Positions 21,671-30,005 of a stretch of 40,832 nucleotides of DNA are shown piece by piece; within the stretch, counting starts at the first letter, position 1; every line of letters starts with the position of its first letter. The DNA is from a virus. Location of the stretch: the IMG/VR virus record IMGVR_UViG_3300024268_000164, positions 1 through 40,832 of that record; one strand, given 5' to 3'. The notes beneath the pieces are model-generated. The model did no database searches and was not told the DNA's origin. It worked only from the letters and a program-made list of their open reading frames with translations. The position numbers and the translations under genes were made by a program.

Positions 21671-21690
21671 GTGTCAAGAATGACACCGCA
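21671..21690. promoter_or_regulatory. Operator-like site GTGTCA-AGAA-TGACACCGCA between the LexA-like gene and micro-ORF B
   Basis: Perfect 6-bp inverted repeat with a 4-bp spacer. 15 of its 20 positions recur at 39317..39336. Confidence 0.6.
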
Positions 21691-21713
21691 ACTAACATTT
21701 TTCGACAAAAATA

Positions 21714-21742
21714 ATGTTAAACTTGATATTTCTTTTTGTCAA
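21714..21742 (-). promoter_or_regulatory. Candidate promoter of the LexA-like gene (TTGACA-17-TAACAT)
   Basis: The -35 is at 21737-21742 and the -10 at 21714-21719. The operator lies downstream of the -10. Confidence 0.4.
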
Positions 21743-21804
21743 TATTTGGGATAAATTTTAGATATAACCAATTGGCTTCTTTTACAAAAATGAGGTATAA
21801 CAAA

Positions 21805-21906
21805 ATGGGTGAGGAATATGTTGAAAAAATTATACTAAAGGTAAGGGAATGCAAAGATATAGCATTGTTGGATATGATACTGAAGATATTGGTTGCATCA
21901 AAATAA
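21805..21906 (+). CDS. Micro-ORF B (33 aa): MGEEYVEKIILKVRECKDIALLDMILKILVASK, paralog of micro-ORF A
   Basis: Hand-called. SD GAGGT upstream. Divergent from the LexA-like gene. Its stop is immediately followed by a perfect bidirectional terminator. Confidence 0.6.
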   Translation: MGEEYVEKIILKVRECKDIALLDMILKILVASK

Positions 21907-21936
21907 AAAGGGCAGGGATTCATTTCCCTGCCCTTT
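21907..21936. terminator. Bidirectional rho-independent terminator
   Basis: AAAGGGCAGGGA-TTCATT-TCCCTGCCCTTT, a 12-bp perfect stem with T-runs on both strands. Ends the late operon (minus strand) and micro-ORF B (plus strand). Confidence 0.85.
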
Positions 21937-21940
21937 CTTT

Positions 21941-22219
21941 TTACTGATGCTCTAATTTTACAATCTTTTCATTGATTGCCTTGATCTGTTCTTCCACCAC
22001 AGGCATCCGGTGTGCAAAGTTATTGTGTTCCCTGACTTCCCTGGTCAATTCATCCAATTTGTATTCAATCAGGGCAACTGTTTGCTGTTGCTTTGCTTCC
22101 GTTTCCATTGCGTGGGCCTTATGTTCTGCCAATGTCTTTTTGTGTGTGAAGTGATTGTTTATCAAACACACAGTAAGTGTCACTGCACCCCCAATTCCTG
22201 CTGCAATAATTGTTTCCAT
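21941..22219 (-). CDS. Small N-terminally membrane-anchored coiled-coil protein (BhlA/UviB-like topology; holin or lysis-accessory candidate)
   Basis: TM segment IIAAGIGGAVTLTVCLI followed by a long helix. Last gene of the late operon, where lysis genes normally sit. Confidence 0.5.
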   Translation of the reverse strand: METIIAAGIGGAVTLTVCLINNHFTHKKTLAEHKAHAMETEAKQQQTVALIEYKLDELTREVREHNNFAHRMPVVEEQIKAINEKIVKLEHQ

Positions 22220-22246
22220 GTCTTTTGTGTCCTTTCTTTTGTGTTT

Positions 22247-24187
22247 TTATTCTCTGAAGCCTATGGCCACCCATCCCACAGATGTGTTTGTGGTTCCGTT
22301 TCGTGTTACATAGGCATCAAATCCTGATGTAGTTATATTTGCTGATGCATTCCCGGACACTGATGTTCCGGGCACCGTTGTGATGGCTGTTGTCAATACC
22401 ATTGGCACAGATGTGTATGCGGTTGAAAACTTCACCGCTTTTGCCGTTGGTGTATTTGCCACCGGTGTGATGGTTTCAACACCCCACTGAATCAGCAAAC
22501 CATTTGAGAAATGCACCTTTCCGGTCCTGCTGCCATGTGTCACAGGTGGTGAACAGATAAATTCATCACCGCCATTTGCCCTTGTTACTTTCACATTGGC
22601 ATCAAATACAAGGTTCTGTGTGCCGGATAAATACCGCCAAATACCATGTGCCCTTGCTGAATCCCAACATCCAATGGATGTGACAGAATCCCCATTGCCA
22701 CCATAAAGCTTGCAGTTATGAACATTCGGTGCATCTTCTGTTGTTTGAATGTACAAATTCTTTTCATCATTTGACCGGAATGAACCACCCATGAATATAT
22801 TCCGGTAGATGTTCAGGTCCATGTCAATTTCCATCTGATTTTCAATTTCTGAAACCTTGCCGAATGCCAAGCCTTTTCCACTTGCATTGAAGTCAAGCAG
22901 GCTGAAGGCCGTTGCTATTTCTGAAACTGCCACAACACTTCCAAAGAAATCTGTCACTGTCAAACGCAAATCATAGGAAGCATCTGTGTTCAAATTGATA
23001 TTCAGAAGCATGTTGGAATCATAAGAATATACACTTCCTGTTGCTGCTTCTTCCCAGGTATCACTTGACTTCAGCTTGTATTCCACTTTATATGACTTTG
23101 TGTTCTTATTTCCCAGGGCAGAAATTGCAAATTTGATTCTTGCAAGTGCCATTGTGCCATTGTTATCTGCTGCACCTAACCCATTGGCCCGGATTGCCGT
23201 GAATGTGCTGATTTTGGGTGCAGTATAGGCTTGCACTGTGACTGTGGTGCTTTTGGTGGCTGTCCTGCCCCTTGAATCCGTGACAGTGCTTGAAATCGTC
23301 ACTGTTCCTGAAGATGTAATGACACCGGATGTGACACTGCTGCCGGTGTAGCTTTTCCCGGCAATGGTTGTTTTATAGCTTTTTATAGTGCTTGAATAGC
23401 TTCCTGCTGCCGTGACTGTTGCCTTCAGCTTTGACTTGTTTTGAACATAGCCCCCAAACTGCGAATTTAGCCCTGATTCCGCTTCTGATACTGTCAGGGC
23501 AGAAATACTTGGCACAACTGAAGAAGGCACCTTGGCGGTGAAAGAAGCCGTCTTGGTGCCTATCAATGTACTTCCGTTGTATGTCTTGCAAGTGATGGTG
23601 CAGGTGCCGGATGTTCCATTTGGAATCTGTGAAGCCAATGTCAAGGGAACTGTCCATGCCTTACTTGTTCCCAGGTCACTGCCAATGGTGCCGGTAGCAC
23701 TTCCGAACTTATATGTCAAGGTATGGTCAAAACTGCTTGATGCCCTTGCCATGTTGATGGTGATGCTTGCACCCATATTTACACTTGATGCTGACAGTGT
23801 TGGTGTGGTTGCCCTTGGAATAGTGGTCAATGCCTGTGAGTAGCTTTGACTGCTTGAAGAAAACTGATCATGTGTAATTCTTGCAGATGTGGCCAAGGTC
23901 TTGGTTCCGTCTGCATTATGGGCAATGTTCAGTGTCTTTGAAAATACCACAATTCCTGAATTGGTTATCTTATCAGAAGAAGTGATGCCTTCCGTGTACT
24001 GTGTGCCATTGATTGTGCAATACACTGTGCCGGTGCCGTATGTGGTATAGCCTGTGTTGGTACGATATACCCGGACTGATACGGTCACATTTGAAGTGTT
24101 ATTTGCCACACTTTGGCTGTTTTGCGTTATCGTGATTTTATACTTGATTTTATCATTTGTAGTTGACATTGCACTTGATGTTGCCAT
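22247..24187 (-). CDS. Tail fibre / receptor-binding protein (Ser/Thr-rich, beta-rich)
   Basis: 646 aa, downstream of Tal. The N-terminus (KYKITITQNSQSVANNTSNVTVSVRVYR) resembles the siphovirus DUF859-type tail protein. Confidence 0.65.
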   Translation of the reverse strand: MATSSAMSTTNDKIKYKITITQNSQSVANNTSNVTVSVRVYRTNTGYTTYGTGTVYCTINGTQYTEGITSSDKITNSGIVVFSKTLNIAHNADGTKTLATSARITHDQFSSSSQSYSQALTTIPRATTPTLSASSVNMGASITINMARASSSFDHTLTYKFGSATGTIGSDLGTSKAWTVPLTLASQIPNGTSGTCTITCKTYNGSTLIGTKTASFTAKVPSSVVPSISALTVSEAESGLNSQFGGYVQNKSKLKATVTAAGSYSSTIKSYKTTIAGKSYTGSSVTSGVITSSGTVTISSTVTDSRGRTATKSTTVTVQAYTAPKISTFTAIRANGLGAADNNGTMALARIKFAISALGNKNTKSYKVEYKLKSSDTWEEAATGSVYSYDSNMLLNINLNTDASYDLRLTVTDFFGSVVAVSEIATAFSLLDFNASGKGLAFGKVSEIENQMEIDMDLNIYRNIFMGGSFRSNDEKNLYIQTTEDAPNVHNCKLYGGNGDSVTSIGCWDSARAHGIWRYLSGTQNLVFDANVKVTRANGGDEFICSPPVTHGSRTGKVHFSNGLLIQWGVETITPVANTPTAKAVKFSTAYTSVPMVLTTAITTVPGTSVSGNASANITTSGFDAYVTRNGTTNTSVGWVAIGFRE

Positions 24188-24195
24188 ATTGCCCC

Positions 24196-25788
24196 CTACA
24201 ATTTACCGAATGAAAGATTTCCGCTTTCCCTTGGCATGAATGCAAAATTGCCAAGCTGCAAGGAATGCAGAAATTCACCATCTGTTACATAAAGCTTGTT
24301 ATTGCTGAAATATGCCACTTCCATGCCTGCATCCAAGAATGTGATTTTGTCATTCTCAATCCGCAAGGTCAGGGTGTTGCCTTCTTCCCCCAGGATGATG
24401 TTGCCATCAACAAACCGGATATATTTGCTTATTTCCTCAAATTTGGCATCTGTGCCTGCTGCCACCGCATCCACATCCTGCGAAAACTCATTGAAACGGA
24501 ATTCAATATCTTCTGCGGTCTGTGTGATTTGCGTGTTGACTGATTCAATCAGTGCATCTGTGTCACCTTTCAGATATACTTCATCCATGATTGTGGTTGT
24601 GATGCTCTCGGATGTAGCAAGTATCTGTGCAGACAGCTTTCTTTCCGTTTCTGCAAGCCCATTTACAAGCTTTTCTTCCACATCTGAAGAAATATCCATC
24701 AACATTGTTTCTGTGGCTGTTTGCCCTGAAATTGCCCTTTCTGTAAAGGTCAGATAAGTGCTTCCCAATGTCAGCTTGTTTGAAGCCGGTTGAAGCAGAT
24801 AGATTGACAATTTGCTGACAAGGAACCGCTGATTGATTGAATGCGGTTCTGTGTTCACCTGCACCTGTGTTCCCAGGTGGAAGGATTCAATTGTTCTATC
24901 CACTGTGGCAAGGTCCGCTGCGGTCAATTCCACTGTATAAAGCATCTGCATCTGCTCATTCAGGGCTTCATTGCCCTTTGTCAGAAGGTTTTCAGGCAAG
25001 GTCACATCATCCCATATCTGCTTTTTGTATATCCAACCGTATTGGTCAACCGCTTCCTGATTGAATATATAATCAACACCATCATTCACTGATGTGATGT
25101 TAAGTCTTGATTCACCGCCTTCTTCCTTGGCACCAAGCGGAATGATTGCTGTTGCAATGTCCTTTCCCTCTGTCCGTCTTTTCAAATCAAGAAGGTTCTT
25201 CCCAAAGGTCACTGTCTGTGGTGACAGGAAATTCAATTCTGCAAGATAGTCAAGATATGCACCATCCGCTTCATGTCTTATCCACAAATAACCGCCCAAT
25301 GTTTCAAGCAGCTTCTTTTCAATGCTTTCAAATGTGTTCAGATATTCAGAATCACTTCTGCTGATATAATCATTCGGATCAGTGACAGTGACATTCCCAA
25401 CCTTGAATTGCCGGGATGCATCCACCTGGGCATTATGGCTTGTGATGAACTGCGTGAACAATTCAGCCGGTGTGCCGGTGAAATCATAGGGCCTTTGAAT
25501 AGAATCCACCAAGAATGCAAGTTCACTTTCACATTCCACGGTTTTTTCATTGTAAAAGCCTTCTTCATCATCCAAAATCCTGCCCCGGAAAAGCAAAAAA
25601 TCATCCTGATATACTTGGATGATTGATTTCAGCCTTTTCAGTTTGTCAAAATTCGGATGGTTGTTGTATATGGTGAAATCAAAGCTTCCAATCTTGTTCA
25701 GTTCCAATTCCACCTTGGGATTGAATATTTCATATCCTTCCAATTGGTCATTATACAGAAGAAAATTATCACAATAAGCTTGATACAT
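24196..25788 (-). CDS. Tail-associated protein (Tal; prophage tail endopeptidase-like N-terminal domain)
   Basis: The N-terminus NPKVELELNKIGSFDFTIYNNHPNFDKLKRLKSIIQVYQDDFLLFRGRI is the classic phage minor structural protein N-terminal pattern. Follows Dit. Confidence 0.75.
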   Translation of the reverse strand: MYQAYCDNFLLYNDQLEGYEIFNPKVELELNKIGSFDFTIYNNHPNFDKLKRLKSIIQVYQDDFLLFRGRILDDEEGFYNEKTVECESELAFLVDSIQRPYDFTGTPAELFTQFITSHNAQVDASRQFKVGNVTVTDPNDYISRSDSEYLNTFESIEKKLLETLGGYLWIRHEADGAYLDYLAELNFLSPQTVTFGKNLLDLKRRTEGKDIATAIIPLGAKEEGGESRLNITSVNDGVDYIFNQEAVDQYGWIYKKQIWDDVTLPENLLTKGNEALNEQMQMLYTVELTAADLATVDRTIESFHLGTQVQVNTEPHSINQRFLVSKLSIYLLQPASNKLTLGSTYLTFTERAISGQTATETMLMDISSDVEEKLVNGLAETERKLSAQILATSESITTTIMDEVYLKGDTDALIESVNTQITQTAEDIEFRFNEFSQDVDAVAAGTDAKFEEISKYIRFVDGNIILGEEGNTLTLRIENDKITFLDAGMEVAYFSNNKLYVTDGEFLHSLQLGNFAFMPRESGNLSFGKL

Positions 25789-25790
25789 GG

Positions 25791-26432
25791 TCACAATCTC
25801 CTTTCCTTGTATGCAAAGGTTGCTGTGCCGGTTCCGCTTAATAAAACAGTGTTGTCACCATTTACAAGCTTCAAAGCAGGTAATTCATATCTTCCTTCAG
25901 ACAATGCCCAAAAGTTTGTGCCGAATGTCAAATTTATATTGCCTGTGATGTCTATGATGGGAACAACAGGTTTTATCCCATTTGGAAGAATGACTGTTGC
26001 TTCTGTGCCTTCAACTGCCCGGAATATAACTGTGTCACCATGCCTTGTTTTGAACGGCTCACAATCACAATCAATGGTAAGCTGTCCAATGTTCTTTTCC
26101 GCTTTCCACTCTGAAACTGTGATTCTGCCGGTGTAATACCATTCTGAATCATCATCCAAGATTATCTGCATCTTCTGCCCATGAAGGGCATTCTGTACCC
26201 TTGAAAACAAATCCATGAACTGTTCCTGGGGAACCATTGTTGAAAACTCAAATGATAGATTCCTGTTGTTGTATTTGACTTCACCGAAAAAGTCTGTCAA
26301 ATCCAGGACACCATCACCGCCCGGAATATCAATTGTTTCCGTTTTGGGTGATGGTGTTCCAATTGTCTTTTGTGCAAGTATTAGTGAAAAATCATTCCAT
26401 GAATGATAATTCCCAAATTTGATTCCTTTCAT
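25791..26432 (-). CDS. Distal tail protein (Dit)
   Basis: MKGIKFGNYHSWNDFSLILAQKTIGTPSPKTETIDIPGGDGVLDLTDFFGEVKYNNRNLSFEF is the Sipho_tail pattern. Confidence 0.8.
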   Translation of the reverse strand: MKGIKFGNYHSWNDFSLILAQKTIGTPSPKTETIDIPGGDGVLDLTDFFGEVKYNNRNLSFEFSTMVPQEQFMDLFSRVQNALHGQKMQIILDDDSEWYYTGRITVSEWKAEKNIGQLTIDCDCEPFKTRHGDTVIFRAVEGTEATVILPNGIKPVVPIIDITGNINLTFGTNFWALSEGRYELPALKLVNGDNTVLLSGTGTATFAYKERRL

Positions 26433-26470
26433 ATAACCGCCTTTCTGCACATTTTGCGGTTATCTTTTGT

Positions 26471-29400
26471 TTATTCAAGCCAAATCTTCTTAATTACCGG
26501 CTTAACATTGCCGGATGTAGCTGTGGTGCCACTCTCATTGTAAGCGGTTGAATATGCCAAATTACCTGAATTGTAATTTGTGCTTGTTGCAAGTACAAGT
26601 TGTGAACCAACACCACTGGAAGTTCTTAATTGCTTAATGCCGACATAATAACTTCCGCTTGCATCTGAAATATCAACTTCAACTGTTCTTGCAACTGTGC
26701 CTTCATATATTTCAGCATACAGTTTTGAATAAGCAGTGACATCCACCTTGTTTTCCGTTGTAACAACACAGGATGTATTAGATGAAGGTGTTGTCAGTGT
26801 GATGTCTGTTTCATTGAATATAGGTGCCTTGTCTGTATAACCCGAAGCACCGTCATTTCCCTGAATGAATGCACTTACCAAGGAAGTGTTTATCACACCT
26901 TCATTGTACAGATATGTTCTTCCCTGCAATCCTGCTTTCATCCAATCAACCCATTCCCCATCAACCAAGCATTGAACATAATCTGTTTCTGAATTATATC
27001 TGATTGTGGAATCCCCACCACCTGAAGAACCACCACCGGCATTCCATTTATCAATGTGTGCCTGTGTGATACCATCCAACACGGTTTTGTTTGAATGCGT
27101 GTGTCTTGCGGTTGTGTTGCCTTCCACCTGCTCTTTCAAATCAGCGGTGAAATTGTTGTCAGTATGCACATATTTGTTGTCTGATACATAATTACTATCA
27201 TTTGTCAAATCTGATGTTTTCAGCACAACATTCCCGGTGTAGCCATTCACGGATGTGACAGCACTTGAACCACCGCCACCGCTTGACGAACCACCGCCAC
27301 CGAATGAACCGCTTGATTCACTTGTCACAATGTGATCATCTGAAGCCTGACTTTCCCAGGCATCCTTTAATGACTGAATGCCGGTCAGTGTTCTTCTTTC
27401 CACAATAGTTGTGAAGCTTCCTGCATCCGTTTCAATCTCAACAACATCACCGGCTTCCATATAGGGCAGGCCCATCAATTCAATCTCACAAGGCATGTAC
27501 CGAATGTCCTTGATGCTTTCGGCAAAGCCATTCAGGATGGTGTCCATCTGTTCCTGGGTAAAGGTGCAGTTTTGAATCAGATAATTGCCGGATAAGTCAT
27601 ACAGAATGCATTCATCCGCTTTGTAATACACATTGGAAGGCTTGCAGGACGATACAACAAAAGCACCGGAATATTCCCCAGGTGCTTCAAAGGTTATATA
27701 CACACCTTCAAGTGCTTCTATGTTGCAATTGTAACCACAGTTCTTCTGAAGGATTTCTTCTGTTAAAAGAAATTCTGTTGTTCCACTTTCAATTTCAAAA
27801 TCTGCAATCCAAGCAGGACCATCTTCAAAAGATAATGTCACACCGGTGATGGGATAAGGGCTTTCTATGTAGTATCCTTCCACATCCGCTTTGTCAAAAC
27901 TCAATGAAACAGTGGTTCCGCTTGTGGGTGTTGCTGTTGCAACCTGAACCTTTTCAAGGATGTCCACATCCTTCACGATATTCACACAAGAAAATGATTC
28001 TTCACCATTTTCATTCACATAAATGGCACTTACTATTCCATAAGGATATGACGGCTTGTCCTCATACCACAAATCCGAATATTCCGACTTGGAAAGGCTC
28101 GTTTTGTTCGCAAAGCTATCCGCAAGCTTCAATGTTGTAAAATCACCATTTCTGTCATGTATGCCGAATCTTCCCTGAAATTCAAGGAAGGCTTCAATTG
28201 TATTTGCCAATACCGGCAAATCACTTGTGACCGTATAATATGAACCGTTCTTTGTTCTTGGGATTGTTGTTGTAATACCTAAAGGGTTTTCAAGCATCAC
28301 TTCATAAATCTTTGCATCATCTTCAGAAAAAAGTGGAATGTCCACAATTGTGCCGGAACCATCTTCATGAAGAATTTCAATGCTTAAAGGTATATAAATA
28401 TTTGCAACCCCATAACTAAAGTCCGCATCATGATATAAATAAATATACCTATATCCACCCTCTAGTGAACCAAATGAAGATGTGCCTGTTGCATTATGAA
28501 AACATGCATTTGTGTGAAATATACGATAAGCATATTTTTCAATTGTTTTCATTGTGGCTTCTACCCATTCATTACTTGCGTAAGCGGAAAGGCTTTCTTT
28601 GATTGCTTTGCACTTTTCTTCAACTTCTGCCTGCGTCATAGAACAAGAAGAATAATATAATGCTTGTTGTGCAATGGGTGAAGTATAAATAATGCCCTTT
28701 GAATGCAATATCGCACATGCACCGCTGCTTGAATAAAATGTGTGTTCCGAATCAGTTTGTGAATATGCGGTTGACTCTATCATTGATGCATTTTCCGGTA
28801 TATAATCTCCTGCTATGTTTGAAATGAAGAACTTTTCCATGTCCATTACATAGTCTTTTTTTATTGAATATGGATTTTCTCTTTTTGCCTTTTCAATAGG
28901 GCTGTAATTATAAAGGGAACTGCTTGTGATACCATAAGCAGTGACTTTTCTTCTTGACATGTCAGCCTGCTTTTGGCTGCTGTCTACAATGAATTTGCCC
29001 AAAGGGATAGGGTAATAATCTTCTTCAAAAAAAGATGCCCAAACCTTTCCTGTGTAGGTGCTTGGTACATAAACTTCAAAAAAATCTGTTTCAAAGTTGT
29101 TTGACCATGCATAAACAGTGTGTGTATCTTCATAAAGTTCAATGGAATCATCTGATATTGGGCCTTCCGCATATATTTCTGCCAAACCACAACTTCCATC
29201 AGTAGAAAAAAACACATTAGTATTTGCAGGAAGTGGTTCACCAAAAAGTGACAATATATCAAAACGGTAATAGTCATAATTGGTATAATCAACTCCATCT
29301 GCCGAAATTTCCACTGTGCCTTTATAAGGCAATTCAGTTCTTGCATCAATTTCAATTTCTGCTGTGATTTCCATGCCCTTGATATTTCCAATGCCTGCGG

Positions 29401-29605
29401 TTTCAAATTCCAAAACGGATGATTCGCACAAGCCGAATTTCAGGCTTTCCTGGGAACACACACTTTCTGTATAGGATAAGCTTTCAGCAATCAGGTTTTC
29501 ATTGGTTATGTCTGCCCTTTCCACATTAGGGAAGGAAATGCGGATATTCTTTTTTACATTGGAAGTCTTGAAAAGCTTCTTGACTTCTTCAGGGATATTC
29601 AGCAT
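26471..29605 (-). CDS. Large tail fibre / host-specificity protein (1044 aa)
   Basis: Gly/Ser linkers (GGGGSSSGGGGSS and GGGSSGGGDS). Fibre motifs VNGYTGNVVLKTSDL and HTHSNKTVLDGIT. Confidence 0.65.
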   Translation of the reverse strand: MLNIPEEVKKLFKTSNVKKNIRISFPNVERADITNENLIAESLSYTESVCSQESLKFGLCESSVLEFETAGIGNIKGMEITAEIEIDARTELPYKGTVEISADGVDYTNYDYYRFDILSLFGEPLPANTNVFFSTDGSCGLAEIYAEGPISDDSIELYEDTHTVYAWSNNFETDFFEVYVPSTYTGKVWASFFEEDYYPIPLGKFIVDSSQKQADMSRRKVTAYGITSSSLYNYSPIEKAKRENPYSIKKDYVMDMEKFFISNIAGDYIPENASMIESTAYSQTDSEHTFYSSSGACAILHSKGIIYTSPIAQQALYYSSCSMTQAEVEEKCKAIKESLSAYASNEWVEATMKTIEKYAYRIFHTNACFHNATGTSSFGSLEGGYRYIYLYHDADFSYGVANIYIPLSIEILHEDGSGTIVDIPLFSEDDAKIYEVMLENPLGITTTIPRTKNGSYYTVTSDLPVLANTIEAFLEFQGRFGIHDRNGDFTTLKLADSFANKTSLSKSEYSDLWYEDKPSYPYGIVSAIYVNENGEESFSCVNIVKDVDILEKVQVATATPTSGTTVSLSFDKADVEGYYIESPYPITGVTLSFEDGPAWIADFEIESGTTEFLLTEEILQKNCGYNCNIEALEGVYITFEAPGEYSGAFVVSSCKPSNVYYKADECILYDLSGNYLIQNCTFTQEQMDTILNGFAESIKDIRYMPCEIELMGLPYMEAGDVVEIETDAGSFTTIVERRTLTGIQSLKDAWESQASDDHIVTSESSGSFGGGGSSSGGGGSSAVTSVNGYTGNVVLKTSDLTNDSNYVSDNKYVHTDNNFTADLKEQVEGNTTARHTHSNKTVLDGITQAHIDKWNAGGGSSGGGDSTIRYNSETDYVQCLVDGEWVDWMKAGLQGRTYLYNEGVINTSLVSAFIQGNDGASGYTDKAPIFNETDITLTTPSSNTSCVVTTENKVDVTAYSKLYAEIYEGTVARTVEVDISDASGSYYVGIKQLRTSSGVGSQLVLATSTNYNSGNLAYSTAYNESGTTATSGNVKPVIKKIWLE

Positions 29606-29621
29606 AATATCACCCCTTTCA

Positions 29622-30005
29622 TTAGTATTCTGTCAACACAATCTGTGTTGCTGCATATCTGATATTGTCACCCGGTGCTTCCGTGTGCTTGATTGCCGGT
29701 GCAGTCATGCGGAATGTGCCTGTTGCATATTCACATGCATAATCATCCCAATATTCCACTGTCAGATTTTCTTGTGATGCAAAAATCCCTGTGATGCTTG
29801 CCTGTTCTTCCAGGTTCCGTTCCTTGATGGAAAACTGAACAACCACCTGTGTGGGCTTGAAATGGTCAAAATGGTCATATCCATTGGCATCCTGCCATGA
29901 TCCTGCTTCCCTTTTATTCTTTTTGAAAGTATAACTTCCTTTCGATACTAAAAGATTGGGAACAATGGTGTTCCCAATCTTGATTCTATATCCTGCGTAA
30001 CTCAT
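29622..30005 (-). CDS. Small tail protein (127 aa), translationally coupled to the upstream tape-measure gene
   Basis: ATGA overlap with the TMP2 stop. Position and size are compatible with a minimal distal-tail or tip protein. Confidence 0.5.
   Translation of the reverse strand: MSYAGYRIKIGNTIVPNLLVSKGSYTFKKNKREAGSWQDANGYDHFDHFKPTQVVVQFSIKERNLEEQASITGIFASQENLTVEYWDDYACEYATGTFRMTAPAIKHTEAPGDNIRYAATQIVLTEY

Noticed and set aside
18034-21906. The micro-ORFs as an arbitrium-like (AimP) communication peptide system
   Set aside because: Neither peptide has an N-terminal signal sequence or a hydrophobic export segment, and there is no AimR-like TPR receptor gene. The peptides look like cytoplasmic amphipathic helices.
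21717-21923. 68-aa minus-strand ORF in the AT-rich region next to the LexA-like gene
   Set aside because: It would have to start inside the bidirectional terminator and runs antisense to micro-ORF B. It has no SD. Micro-ORF B is preferred because it has a paralog under apparent peptide-level selection.
28984-29406. Same-strand internal ORFs nested out of frame in large structural genes (for example 28984-29406, 25338-25604, 23373-23657, 32905-33438, 30151-30444)
   Set aside because: They have no SD or start context, they are fully contained in longer ORFs with recognisable structural-protein sequence, and their translations have atypical composition.
22247-29605. Diversity-generating retroelement targeting the fibre genes
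   Set aside because: There is no reverse transcriptase gene anywhere in the genome, and I noticed no template/variable repeat pair.
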